Shown: positions 23,166-36,509, counted from the stretch's first letter. The stretch is DNA of 64,000 bases from Centroscyllium fabricii (GCA_051313645.2 JBNRSN020000001.1:31186001-31250000), one strand, 5' to 3'. Notes: generated by a model not told the origin, from the sequence alone. Numbers and translations are program-made.

Positions 23166-25696
23166 AAAGAGAGGGAAAAAAGATTGGATTACGAGAGAGA
23201 GGAAAAAAGTGACAGAAAGAAAAAGTAAGAAAAACATTTTAAAGTTTTACATTTTTAACATTAAAAATTTCGAACAACAATTTACTACCAGTAGGAATGA
23301 AACTCTACAGTTTAAATTGTTCTATTTCTGGGCTGGAGAGATTGATTGGCATTGCATTAACAATTATCAAGTCATTAAAGGGGTAGTTATGCTATTAATT
23401 ATGAGCACTAACTTTCTGTGATGAGTTTAATGTGCAATTAATGTGCAAATCCAGATAGTTCTGTAATATAAGGGGGAAGCTAAGTGCAAGATACTGTTTC
23501 TGGGAGGAAAACAGCAGTGTGGCGTAAATCAACTAGCAAGTTCTGGAGATTCGCATCTCATTGTGTATCTCTTCATCCCCTGAACTTCCTGGCTGATTTG
23601 TGTATTAATAACTGCGTGCGTTGTGAACCTGTCACTATTTTTCCAGGAAGATTTGGCCCAATGTGTTTGTTAAAATTAATTTATTGTCCCTGATTCAAAA
23701 CCCATGTACAATTCATCCGCTGCCTGGGTAGCTATGGAGCTGGCCTTTGTGTTTGTGCTCCCACTCCGTTTGCAGTACCATTAGTGGAAAGTGACTCATC
23801 TAACTTGAGACTTCCAATTTTGTCTGAAGAAATTGTGGAGGAATCGTTGACACTCCCTTCAAGTGGGACATCTAAAAATATGTGGCCTGCACTCTCTGAT
23901 ATCAGGGATTGACTTCTGGCCTGAGTCCTAATTTCCTGCCTCTAAACCCCTCCACTTAGGACATTAGCATGCAGTCCTGGCTCCAGTGGTACATCGGAAG
24001 GACACCTGTGAGAAACCATTCATCATGGCTGGCTGCAATTTGTTTTCAAAGTTGCCTAACCCTGCTTGAAGTTGACATTTCTTCTGTTCTGTTGCCATGT
24101 TTTGATCTTCCGAAAGCAGCGGCAAGAGCGGACCTGGTCGGGGACGGAGCAGAGCCAAGGGGAATAAAGAGCGGAGGAGAGAGAGGCCCGAACTCACCGA
24201 GGAGCAAGAGTGAAAAAAGGTCAAGGAGGGACATCACAGAGCAGCAGGTAGGTGATTGGTTGGGGAGTATTACAGTTTTTTTAGTCTCTAAGCTAGCTAA
24301 GAAACTGCAAATTGCTATAATTTTACTTTATTAAATTAGAACTGCAAATTGCTATAATTTTACTTTATTAAATTAGTAACTAAAACTAGATAAACCAATT
24401 AAGTAATAAAACTGAAATAGCTGATAAAAATAAATGAATCAACTAATCAAATAAATAAAGAAGGTTAGATAGACATGGCAGGGCATGTGGGAGTTTGTGG
24501 AGACCAGCACGATCCCGAGGAACCACATCTGCAGTAAATGCCTGCAGCTCGAGGAACTTCAGCTCAGAGTTATTGAGCTGGAGTATGAGGTGCAGACATT
24601 GCGGGGCATCAGGGAGAGGGAGAGTTACATGAACACTTTGATCCAGGAGGCAGTCACACCCCTTAGGTTAAGTAGTACTTTAGTGTTCATCAATGGTCAG
24701 GGACAGGAGGGTGTGACTGCGAGTCAGGAAGGTATGGGAACCCAGGATGTGGTGATGGAGGAGCCTCGGCCCTTGTGTTTGACCAACAGTTATGAGATAC
24801 CTGTGTGGATGAGCACAAGGTCTGCAGGGTGAATGAACAAACTGACCATGGCACCATGATGCAGGAAACTATTCAAGTGGGGGGAGTGAAAAGGAATGTA
24901 GTTGTGGTAGGGGACAGTATAGTCAGGGGAATAGATAATGTCCTCCGCAGCCACGAGTTCTGAAGATTGGGTTGCCTGCCAGGGTTAAAGATATTTCATC
25001 GTGGCTGGAGAAGAACTTGGAGAGGGAGGGGGAGGATCCAGTGGTTGTGGTCCATGTTGGAACCAACGACATAGGTAGAAGTAGGAATGAGGTTCTGCTG
25101 AGGGAGTTTGAGGAGCTAGGCTCCAAATTAAAATGCAGCACCTCAAAGGTTATAATCTTTGGACTGTTACCTGAGCCACATGCAAATTGGCACAGGGACA
25201 GACAGATCAGAGTGTTAAATGCATTGCTCAAAGAGTGGTGAGAGGCATGGGTTTCACTTCATGGGACACTGACATCAATACTGGGGAAAGTGGGAGCTGT
25301 TCCGTTAGGACCAATGTCCTGGTGAATCAAATAACTACGATGATAGATTGGACTTTAAAATAATGAAGCGAGGGTGGGAGGATTCAGGAAAGGATAAATC
25401 AAAAACAGTAAGAGAAATGTCAAGGCTGTAGAGCAGAGTAGTGATCTGGGTAAAGATAAGCAGAGTGGATCAGGAAGGGACAGAGAGATTAATACAGGTA
25501 ATAGGGCACCAGTGACTAATGTGATATCAGGGGAAAAATTGAAAAAAGTTAAAGCTAAAGCTACTACATCTGAATTAACGAAGCATTCGCAACAAAATAG
25601 ATTAATTAAAAGCACAGACAGAAATAAATAGGTTTGATTTAATAGCCATTACACAGTCATAGTTGCAGAGTGACCAAGGTTGGGAACTAAATATTT

Positions 25697-26193
25697 AAGA
25701 AAGTAGGGAGTGTAACGAAGCTTCACTAGACTGGTTTCTGGGTTTGTCTTATTAGGACAAATTGAGTAGACTAGGCCAATACTCTGTAGAGTTTAGAAGA
25801 AGGAGAGGTGATCTCATTGAAATATACAAAATGTTTACAGGGCTTGACGGGGTAGATGCAGGGAGGATGTTTCCCCTGGCTGGGGAGTCCAGAACCAAGG
25901 GTCACAGTCTCAAAATAAGGGGTCGGCCATTTAGGACTGAGATGAGGAGAAATTTCTTCACTCACAGGGTGGTGAATCTTTGGAATTCTCTACCCCAGAG
26001 GGCTGTGGATGCTCAGTTGTTGAGTATATTTAAGACAGAGATCAAAAGATTTTTGAATATTAAGGGAATCAGGGGATTTGGGGATAGTGCAGGAAAGTGG
26101 AGATGAGGTAGAAGATCAGCCATGATCTTATTGAATGGCGAAGCAGGCTTGAAGGTCCAAATGGTCTACTTCTGCTCTTATTTCCTATGTTCT
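25697..26193 (+). mobile_element. CR1 3' fragment inserted into CR1
   Basis: RT C-terminus and tail flanked by a 9-bp TSD TAAATATTT (25688-25696, 26194-26202). Confidence 0.85.
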
Positions 26194-26987
26194 TAAATAT
26201 TTCAGGATATTTGACTTTTAGAAGAGACAGGCAGCATGGAAAACGAGTGGGGGTAGACCTGATAATAAAGGATGGAATAAAGACAGTAGAATGCATTCAA
26301 GATATTTTGCGAGATCAGTATGTTGAGGAACCAACTAGTGAATTGTTTATTTTAGATCTAGTATTCTGCAATGAGACAGAGTTAATTAATAACCTTGTAG
26401 TAAAGGAGCCTCTTGGGATCAGTGATCATAATATGATAGAATTTTATGTTGAGTTTGAGAGTGATTTAGTTAAGTCTGAAACTAGGCTCCTAAATTTGAA
26501 CAAAGCAAACTACGTAGGTATGAGAGGAGAGTTAGCTAATGTATGTTGGGAAACTAGATTAAAAGATACAATGGTAGAAAAGCAATGGCAAACATTTAAT
26601 GAAATAATTCATAATTTGCAATGAATACACATTCCCCTAAGGAATAAAAATACCACAGCAAAATGGACCACACGTGGCTAACAAGAGAAATTAAAGATAA
26701 TATTAGATTAAATGAAGACACCTATAGAGTTGCCAAAAACAATAGTAAGGCTGAGGATTGGGAGTATTTTAGAATTCAGCACAGGAGGACCAAGAAATTG
26801 ATAAAGAAAGGGAAAATAGAATATGAGAGTAAACTTACGAGAGACATAAAAACAGACTGCAATAGCTTCTACAGGTAAGTAAAAAGGAAAATATTAGCAA
26901 AGGTAAATGTGGGTCCCTTACAGGCTGATACAGGAGACATTATAATGGGGAAGAAGTAAATGGCAGAGAAATTAAACAAATACTCTG

Positions 26988-27835
26988 GGGGTGATTTTCT
27001 CAATGGGGAGCTTTGGAGGTGTGACTCCCACTTGTAAGGTTTCAGTCCCACCTCCGTCAACTTCTGGCCAACCCACACTATTTTCCCTTGATTGACCTTG
27101 TTACGCCTACCCAGCAGGTTTAGCAGGCCAATTGAGGCAAAACTGGTTGCAGAGAACGTCAACGTATAACGTTTCATCTGTCAAAAATGTTTGAATGATG
27201 AATTGTCATCATTTGACAGCTCTGTGAAGCTGTCAAACAATGACATTCTCTGTAGTTTGATGAGGTCTTGAATTCAAGACCTCATCAAACTTCTTTATAT
27301 TAAAGAAATTAGATGGTTGTTGCATCTGAGATTGCAACAGCCATCTGTCATCTCCAACACAGAGGTCCGAGACTCTCCACATACACTGACTGAAGCCTGC
27401 AGCAAGAAACAAAGGTAAGTACACTTTTACTGACACTTTGCACTTACCACAGGTACTCACCTCTCCACTCTTGCACCCATCACTTACCCTCACAGCGCAC
27501 TTTTGCACCCCCCGACTCCTGCAGAACCAGTACTCGCCTCGCTGACATGGTGGGTTTCAGAGCCTTCGGGAAGCCCGCACTTGTGAGGGCAAAAAGGGGA
27601 TAATCCTATTTTCTGCCTGTTAACTACCTGTTAACTGTCAGTTAATATGCTTTAAACCCTTCCTGCCTCCAAGGAGACGGGACGCGGCGTGGGACGGCTA
27701 CCCACCTCATGGCAAGATGGCATGGAGGTGGATTGGGGGCGGGTTTGGCACCCGCCCCCCGCCCTCTAATTATGCCATTTTTCAGGCAGTCCCAGCTCCA
27801 TACCCGCCTCCCCAGGGCTGGTAAAATTGACACCT
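26988..27835. mobile_element. Harbinger-type MITE inserted in CR1
   Basis: Interrupts CR1 AACAAATAC|TTTGTGTCTGTCTTC; imperfect TIRs GGGGTGATTTT / AAAATTGACACC. Confidence 0.6.
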
Positions 27836-28222
27836 TTGTGTCTGTCTTCATGGAAGAAGATGCAAAAAAATAGTAGAGAGCCAAGGGTCTATTGAGAATG
27901 AGGAACTGAAAGAAATTAGTATTATTAAGGAAATAATACCAGAGAAATTAATGGGATTGAAAGCCAATAAATCCCCTGGAACTGATGGCCTACATCCAGG
28001 TGGCTATAGAGATAGTGGATGCATTGGTTGTCATCTTCCAAAATACCATACGTTCTAGAATGGTTCCCATGGATTGGAAGGTAGCAAATGTAACTCCACT
28101 ATTAAAGAAAGCTGGGAGAGAGAAAACAGGGAACTATAGACCAGTTAGCTTGACATCATTAGGAGGGAAAATGCTGGAATCTATTATTAAGGACATGGCA
28201 ACAGGGCACTTAAAAAGTAATA

Positions 28223-28801
28223 CAGGTTGAGCACCGTTAATCCGTTACCCGAAAAACCAGCAGCTTCGAACGTCCAGCAATAATTTCCCCGACTGCACCG
28301 CGCATGCGCAAAATGGCCACCGCAATTGATGCTTCGGCGAATGATCTGCGCATGCGCCGCAGAACGGTGAGCGCATGCGCAGATCATTCACAATGGTCTC
28401 TCTGAGCCGATAGCGGGCTGGGCCGGCATTCGCCGAACGCGGGCTGGGCCGGGATTCCCCGAACGCGGGCTGGGCCGGGATTCCCCGAACGCGGGCTGGG
28501 CCGGCATTCCCCGAACGCGGGCTGGGCCGGGATTCCCCGAAAGTGGGCTGTGCCGGGATTCCCCGAACGCGGGCTGGGCTGGGAATTCCTCGAACGCGGG
28601 CTGGGCCAGGATTCCCCGAACGCAGGCCTGGACCATCCGAACGATGCTGGGCCGGGACTCTCCGAACGATACGTGCATGCGCAGACCACTCTATTTTGAA
28701 TGGTCTGCGCATGCGCTCTCCGAAGCCTCAATCTTTCGGGATTTTCACTTGCCCGGCACTGGCCTTGTCCCGCCCGTGCCGGATTAACGGTGCTCAACCT
28801 G
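28223..28801. mobile_element. Tc1/mariner-pogo (Tigger-like) MITE, copy 2
   Basis: Perfect 22-bp TIRs CAGGTTGAGCACCGTTAATCCG / CGGATTAACGGTGCTCAACCTG with a TA TSD, inserted in CR1 RT. Confidence 0.9.
28413..28670. repeat. 26-bp GC-rich minisatellite GCGGGCTGGGCCGGGATTCCCCGAAC, ~9 units
   Basis: Directly visible head-to-tail units with no unique spacers. Confidence 0.9.
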
Positions 28802-30254
28802 TAATAGAATTGGGCAGAGTAAACACAGATTTATGAAAGGGAATTTACGAAGTTGTAACTAGCAGAATAGATAAGGGGGAAAGGCATTTGATAAGGTGCC
28901 ACACAAAAGGTTATTAATCAAAATTAGGGCTCATGGGATAGGGGGTTATATACTTGCATGGATTAAGGATTGGTTAATAGACAGAAAACAAAGAGTTGTA
29001 TTAAACGGATTATTTTCGGGTTGGCAGGCTGTAACTAGTGGGGTACCACAACGATCAATGCTTGGGCCTTAGCTATTTACAAAATATATCTATGATTTGG
29101 ATGAGGGTACCAATATAATATATCCAAGTTTGCTGATGATACAAAGCTAGGTGGGAATGGAAAATAATGTGGAGAAATGTAAAGTTATCCACTTTGGTAG
29201 GAAATATGGAAAAGTAGAGTCTTTTTTAAATGATGAAAGACTGGGAAATGCTGGTGTTCAGAGGGACATGCGTGTATTTGTACACGGATTGCTGAAAGTT
29301 AATATGCAGGTACAGCAAGCAATTAGGAAAGCAAATGGTATGTTGGCCTTTATTACAAAAGGATTTGAGTATATGAGTAAAGATGTCTTACTGCAATTAT
29401 AAAGGGCACCGGTGAGACTGCACCTGGAGTATTATGTACAATTTTGCTCTCCTTACGTAAGGAAGGATATACCTGCTATAGAAGGAGTGCAACAAAGGTT
29501 CACCAGACTGATTCCTGGGATGGGGGGATCGTCCTTTGAGGAGATATTAAGTAGACGAGGCCTATATTCTTTAGAATTTAGAAGAATGACAAGGCTTGAC
29601 AGGGTAATGCAGGGTGGATGTTTCCCCTGGCTCGGGAGTCTAGAACACGAGCTTACAATCTCAGAATAAGGGGGCGACCATTTAGGATGAGATGAGGAGA
29701 AATTTCTTCACTCAGAGGGTAGTGAATCTTTGGAATTCTCTACCCCAGAGGGCTGTGGAGGATCAGTCGTTGAGTATATTCAAGGCAGAGTTCGATAGAT
29801 TTTTGGATATTAAGGGAATCAAGGGATATGGAGATAGTGCAGGAAAGTGGAGATGAGGTAGAAGATCAGCCATGATCGTATTGAATGGCGGAGGAGGCTC
29901 GAAGGGCTAAATGGCCGACTCCTGCTCCTATTTCTTATGTTCTTATGTAATAATGAAGATTGGTAAAAGGCTGCTCCCCAATTCGGCTAAATCGATCAAT
30001 GAGAAAGCGGTCTTTTACAATCCTTCAGCAGTAGAAGAAACATAAATGTACAAAAATAGACAATGGGGCCTGGGCTTTGTGGGCTGGATAATGGGAGCTT
30101 CTGTATTGGGTCTGTGATATGTGTTGGATATCATTAGCACAAAGAACCGTGAGGCCAAACCCAAGACTGTTGCAAATTTAACCTCCAAAAAAATCTACAT
30201 TGCTCTTGCTGTGGTGCTGGATATCAACTGCATGCCTCCTTGAATAGTTAGATA

Positions 30255-31052
30255 GGGGGGATTTTCCTGGAGGTGCGGGAACCTGGCGGGGATTGGTCAG
30301 GGCGAGTTCCTGACCCGCCCGGCCAAGGGCCTGGGAAGTCCGCACAATTTTCACCTAATCACTGAATTAAATCCCCGCATGCGGGGTGCCTCTGGTAAGT
30401 ACAGCAGTCCAGTCACCAATTATGGCACTCAAACAGCATTCCAGGAGGCTGTCAGGCAGATGCGGCAACTGTTTGTTTACAGTTCTCATGGAAACACTCC
30501 ACTGTGACCTCACAGTGGAGTGGAACCAATGGGAAAGGCCAAATGCTGTTGAGTGACAGGTGGGCGGGCGGGCTTCAGATCTTTGAGAGTAAGGCAGCGG
30601 CTGTCACTGGAGCTGGGAAGGTATGTTTTCTAAGGCTTTCCCCACAGCTGGTGTTAACATAAGTGAGTGACTTACTCCTCCAGGGTGGTGAAGGCCTGGG
30701 AAGCATTTTGCTGTAGGTCCTTCAACACCTTGAAGGAGAAAGTTAGCAACACCACTGTAATCCTGCTGGGTTTCACCAGTGGGGCTTTAGGATAGCGGGG
30801 TTAGGGTGGGAAGGGGTGAAAATTGCTAAGGGTCCTTAAAATGGCATTACAGATGCCAATTAAGGGCCCTTAATGAGCTGACCAACCATCCCCGCCGGCC
30901 GCCGGCGGAAAATATTCAGGACGGGGGGACAGGGTGGCGGAAAATGGAAAAGTGGCGGGGATCCGGTGGGGGGGTCGCGACCCACTGGTTCCGCTATTTT
31001 GCTGTCTGACCCGCCGAAAACCCTGGCTCGCGGGGACATGACAATTTTGGCC
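30255..31052. mobile_element. Harbinger-type MITE (~800 bp), same family as 34056-34856
   Basis: GGGGGGATTTT left TIR, ATA/ATA flanks, and colinear similarity to 34056-34856. Confidence 0.7.
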
Positions 31053-31296
31053 ATAGTTTCTTTAGTTCTAGAGTGTATTATAAACTTTGTGGGCTAAATT
31101 ATATTTTTTTAATTCTTGAAAGCTATCACAAATATAATTCTGTATTATTATTGTATTGTGGGGGTGAAACTACTTTGCACCTTAAAGCTGACATATGGCT
31201 AATTGTACATTAATGTACTGTAAGTTGATGCAGTAAAGTAAACAAAACATCGGTACATTTTTATCCATTCTCCCAAAATTCCTCTTTGGAGCAAAT

Positions 31297-31561
31297 GGGG
31301 CGATTTTAATTCTACTCGCTCAGCAGAAACTTGGCGGGTGTGCAGTTAAAAGCCCTGGCTCTTACCTGTCCGAAAGCCGCCATGATCACAACATCTGCAA
31401 TTTTAACCTGCTCTCCTAAGCAGGCAGCAAGAACATGTGCCTGGTGCCAACAGGATCCTTCTTTACCTAAGCATGTTGTGGTCTGATGACATCATTGAGA
31501 CCTGACTTTAATTTTAACTCAGGCCTGAGCGGGAAATCCACCTGGAATTAAAATCGAGGCC
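31297..31561. mobile_element. Small MITE
   Basis: TIRs GGGGCGATTTTAATTC / GAATTAAAATCGAGGCC. Confidence 0.55.
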
Positions 31562-31875
31562 ACAGTTCCAGTTCCACTCTGCTGGTATCTCCCAAGACTC
31601 CATTTGCCAAAGCCTCCAAATCTTCTGCCTAGTCTTTCTTAGCGCTTTGGAATAAATGTCATCTAAATCTCAACGCAGATTAAGAATGCTAAAGTACTTA
31701 AGCCGTGTCATCTGAAACCAATAACTTACCTTTGATTTTCATCAATGGTGACCTAGAATATATGGCAGTCTCCATATAAGATAGGGTACATTAATAAATG
31801 TGCATTCTCAGTTCTCACTTGGCATTTTTCTGCAAAGTCTTGCACCTTCCTTTAAATATTCTTCCGGACACCCCT

Positions 31876-33665
31876 TGTAAGGTCGCAATATTCCCAATTC
31901 ATAAAGGACAAGAGACACCTGGTTTGATTGAACATTTTATTGAGCCAAATGGCAGCAGAGGAAAACAGGCTGCGGCTTGATGAAAGGAAAGAAGGGAAAA
32001 GGGGGCCCCAAAAGATGGCCACCGCACCACGTGATAAGACGGCCAGAGCTAAAACGAAACTACATACATAGTTTTACAGTCCTGCAAAAAGCCCGCGAAA
32101 ACCCAGACATGGAGGCGCTGAAAACCCACACTTGGTTGTAAAGAACTGACCAGCCCCCCCAGAACCGTTTAGCCCAACAATAAAGAAGCACCCTGTTAAT
32201 AGGCATATAAGATACTGCAAAAGATCGACTAACTGGCCCAAATGGCCAGACTTAGGATTTGTACAGCAAAGTTAGCAATAAAACGATTTGCACCCTCTCT
32301 AGACAAAGAAACGCTCACAAACGCAGTTAAGGCTGTTCTCAGGCCATCCCCAACAGGTTGGCTGGATAATGAATACAGAAAAACCGTTTTAATAGCACAA
32401 AACATTCAATGATTTGGGCAGGGCAATAAGCCCACAGCTTTTAGTATAACTGGAAGGACATTTCGCACAGTTCGCTCTCTTATCTCTCTTATTCTCTTAT
32501 TCTCTGGAAGCTGTTGGATCTCTTGGAAATCTCTCCTCAGGAGGGAAAAGGCATTTGGTACAGCTCTTCTCTTACTCCCTTGGAAGGCTCTTGGAAAGAG
32601 CTGTTTTGGACTGAAGGTAGCAGTGACTTTGGTGGGCTCTCTTCGGAGGCTCCCGTTCAGATCTCTGGGTGCAGGGCGAGCGAGGGTGCAGGTTCTGGCA
32701 GGGTAGTAAAGCTGGGTCAGGGCTGTGGCTATCGCAGAAGAAGTGGTATCACATCAGGGCTGGAACCATCGCTGGAGAGGTAGTTGGTTGCTGGGCCCCG
32801 TAGAGCAAGCTTGCTTGCAGAAGTAGAACTCTTTGTCCGAGTCAGGAGAGAGAGAGAGAGACCAGTTGCAGGCATCGGGGTACAGGGCAGAAAGTGCTGG
32901 AGACCCCGTAGCGCCAAGTTACTTGCCTTCCTGAAGGTGGCTGGACAAGGTGGTTCAGTCTTACAGTTCAAGATCGAGAAGCCAAACGAGGCACTGGAGA
33001 GCTGGGCTCAGAAACCATTAGATCGGCAGCTAAGTTGAAGGGGAGAGAACCCTTGAGAGACCTGCCCAGGGCCAGCCCGAGCAGACTCAGATGCCGCCAA
33101 GAGGGAAGAGTAAACAAGTGGGCCCCCCCGAATCTTCCACAGCCACGTGACAACCAACGCTGCAGCCGAAGGACGAAGAACTTCGTAGCAGACCCCGAGT
33201 TTGACCGAGTGGTGAGCATGCGCCCCGATCCTACACACCTGGACATAGCTAGGCAATAGAGGGGAGGGTGGTTTATTTGGGCAATCTGTAGAGTGTTGGC
33301 CCTTTTTCGATGTGTCGTGTGTTCTCCATTTGTAAGATAATCGCGTATGTCGGGTATATATTTGGCTAAGACTGTTTGTATTTTATACTATTTTGGTACA
33401 GGACGTATAAGTTCCATGATTGATATGTGTAAACCTGTGATCTGCTATAATAAAGATCGATTTTGAACTTCTATTCAAGGCCAATCGAGTCCAGTCTCTA
33501 TACATCTCTCTTCCTGCATCTAAGTCCAGCGTAGAGAACCGTAAGGGTGAGCGATTCGAACCGCTCACGGGGGAGGAGGACTATTGCGCGAAGGCCTGGC
33601 CGGTGGCTAGAGCAAGGCAATAGAGGACCCCAAGTCGCGTATAAACACGGCGCACACCCCTTACA
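31876..33665 (+). mobile_element. Long solo LTR (1790 bp)
   Basis: TGTAAGG...CCTTACA inverted termini, perfect 4-bp TSD CCCT (31872-31875, 33666-33669), AATAAA at 33449, and no coding content. Confidence 0.88.
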
Positions 33666-34055
33666 CCCTCCCCCTCCTATGAGGTGGCCTCCCTTGCTTT
33701 TTATCCTTTCTGGCTATCGGTAGCTTGTTCCTGGTTTCCGCAGTGAGCACTTTGCCATGCTGCATGTCATTTACGATGATTTGCAATTCTTGATCTTTAA
33801 CTCTTGCTTTACGCCTTCTGTTCTTTCCCTCCATTTCTCACTGAAATTCCATACTGCACAACTGTAATAGCACACAGAAATTTACTTATTCAATTTTAGC
33901 TCATTGAGCAGCATTCTTGCGGGTTGTAAGGAAATCTCTTTAAACTCAATTGAATGATTCCTCGTGGTTCAGGTTCTAGCATATTTTCTAAATGCAAGTA
34001 TTTTACTCCGACACCAATAGTGTAATAACTATTATGGTTATACAATACACTCATC

Positions 34056-34856
34056 GGGGGGATTTTTGCAAAGGTGTGGGGAAATGGCGGGTTTTGGGCG
34101 GATCAGGTTTATGACATGAATGTTCAAGGGCCTGGGAGCCCCACGCAATTTTGGCTGAATTCACCGTGTGTCAGAGCCCCTGGTAACTAGCTGTTTCCTG
34201 TCAGAAAGTGGTGGTGTTGCAGCTGGCAGCCAAGGTTTGACTGACAGGTCTAAGGACTGAGTGTTGTTAATTTCTATGGAAACAGTGCATTGTGACATCA
34301 CAATGGTGTGCAACCAAACTCTAAGCAAAAGTGGGTTGAGTGACAGGTCTAAGGACTCGTTGGAAAGCTCTCACAGTTTGGGGCCACCTCTCTGTGAAGC
34401 ATTTCAATTAGTCTGTTAGGCAAGTTTCTGGAAGGTTTTTCCCACAGCTGCTGTTCATCCAAGGGAGCCACTTACACCTCCAGGGTCTTGAAGGCCTGCA
34501 AGGCATTCTGCTACAGGTTCTTCAATGTCTTGAAGGTGAAAGTGACCACACCAAATATGTTCCCGTTAGGTTGCACCGGCGGGGTTTCAGGATGGTGGGT
34601 TATGGGTGGGAAGCGCATTAAAATTGTGGGGGGGCCCTTAAAATGGGATTACCCATGGCAGTTAAGGGCCCCTAATGAGCACAACAATCATCCTCACCGG
34701 TGGCGGGCGGGAAACATTCGAGCCGGCTAGACATGCCGGCGGAAAACTGCAAAGCGGCGGGGATCCGGCGGGAGGGGTCGGGACCCCTCCGGTTTTGTAA
34801 TTTTAAGCCCCACCCCACCAGAAACACGCCCTCACGGCCTTCTGAAAATCCCCCCC
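34056..34856. mobile_element. Harbinger-type MITE (~800 bp)
   Basis: TIRs GGGGGGATTTT / AAAATCCCCCC with flanks ATC/ATA. Confidence 0.72.
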
Positions 34857-35903
34857 ATACAGCCTGTTTCCTGCAGACCTGAGGTGATCAACTTGACTTC
34901 CGTAGGTGTTGGACGTCCGACCGTCCCGGGAGCTCTAACTGCACGATGGCTGCCAGCCGTTCTTATGTTTCCTCATTTTCCATCCATCACGTGTCCAAAT
35001 ACCTCTCATGCCTCCTTAAAGGACCTTCCCCTTTAATGTGGGTCATATCACATGATGCCCAGAATGTATATTCAAGTGAGGTTCTTTCTCACTAAACCTC
35101 CAGACCTTGACATAATGGCAATCATGATGGTTCGACTGCTAATCAATTAAATCTGATGTTTCCTACCTGACATTACAAAGGAACAGGAGATGCCCTGGAC
35201 CATCCCAGATAGTTAATGTGATTACTGCCTGGTCTATTTCCATGTTTCCTGCCCCTCCATTATTCCAGCTAATGTCCAATATTAACACATATCCTTATCT
35301 GACAATTACCTTGAGATGTGATTAACTTTGATGGGACACTTGACACAAAGCAAATTCTAACACAGGTGCTTTCCGAATCGTTGCTCGGTTGTGTGCTACT
35401 TTTAGCTAACAATAGTGCTCTCAATATCTCAGTGTGCTGAGTGCGGTTAGGAATTGCAGGATGCATAAAAGGATCAAAATGTTAACACCCATTTGACTCA
35501 TTGTCAAAATGTTCAGAGTACTTTCATTCTCTGGGAGACCTTTTTATTTCCAAATGCAAATTTGCGAGGCTAAAGGTCTTGCGAACATGATTTTCAATCA
35601 AAACTGCACTGAAGACGCTTCCAAATATATTCATTTTATTATTCCCTGGTTCCTCCATGTTAAGTGGGCACAAAATCGCAGTGAGCACAAAAGCAAGGGA
35701 ATAAAATAGGTCAGTTGTATTCAGCTGCTGCAAATTATTTATACGCCCATCTATTGTGGAACTGTTTTATTGCCCATCATAAAATTAATAAAATATTGTT
35801 AGGTTGTGTTATAATATGTGATGCTTGTTTATCTGCTAAATAAAACAGAAACAGTTACACAATTGATTAATGGGCATGCTCTTTTATTATTAAAATGATG
35901 AAA

Positions 35904-36300
35904 GGGCGGCACGGTGGCACAGTGGTTAGCACTGTTGCCTCACAGCTCTGGAGACCCGGGTTCAAATCCAGCCTCGGGTGACTATCTGTGTGGAGTTTGC
36001 ACATTCTCCCCGTGTCTGCGTGGGTTTCCTCCGGGTGCTCCGGTTTCCTCCCACAGTCCAAAGATGTGCGGGTTAGGTTGATTGGCCATGATAAATTAAC
36101 CCTTAGTGTTAGGGGGATTGAATATGTGGGGTTCTGGGGATAGGGTGGGATATATGTCAGTGCAGGCTTGATAGGGATGTGGGATGAGGGCAGGGGCGGG
36201 GTGCTGGGTTTGGATGATCAGCCATGATCTCATTGAATGGCGGAGCAGGCTCGAAGGGCCGAATGGCCTACTCCTACTCCTAGTTTCTATGTTTCTATGT
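35904..36300 (+). mobile_element. HE1/V-SINE-type SINE, full length, long-tail variant
   Basis: GGGCGGCACGGTGGCACAGTGGTTAGC head, GGTTCAAATCC B box, V-domain and CR1 tail. Confidence 0.92.
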
Positions 36301-36509
36301 TTGCCTTTGTCAAACTTGTCTTGCCGAGGGCATCTATACTTTTACTACACCTTACTTTAAAAGATCTATTGAGTGTTTCATCAATATTCCACCACTTTCA
36401 TGGCGACAGAATTTTAAAATGGCTTCGATCACCAGCATCATAAGGAAACACCATGTCTTTTTTAAGCCCGTTAAGGAATTAATAAAAAGTAAACACAGTG
36501 TGGCATTAT

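Larger units (their letters stand above)
24110..29947 (+). mobile_element. Near full-length decayed CR1 (5' UTR, ORF1 zinc finger/esterase, ORF2 remnants) with three nested insertions
   Basis: ORF1 HICSKCLQL..LQLRV.ELE and SGNH esterase motifs VVGDS, VVVHVGTNDIG. ORF2 EN/RT fragments run to 29850, followed by the CR1 tail. Confidence 0.88.

Noticed and set aside
24302-24377. ~37-bp tandem duplication
   Set aside because: A local slippage duplication in a dead CR1 5' UTR.
28413-28670. CRISPR-like array
   Set aside because: Head-to-tail units without spacers, eukaryotic context and no cas genes.
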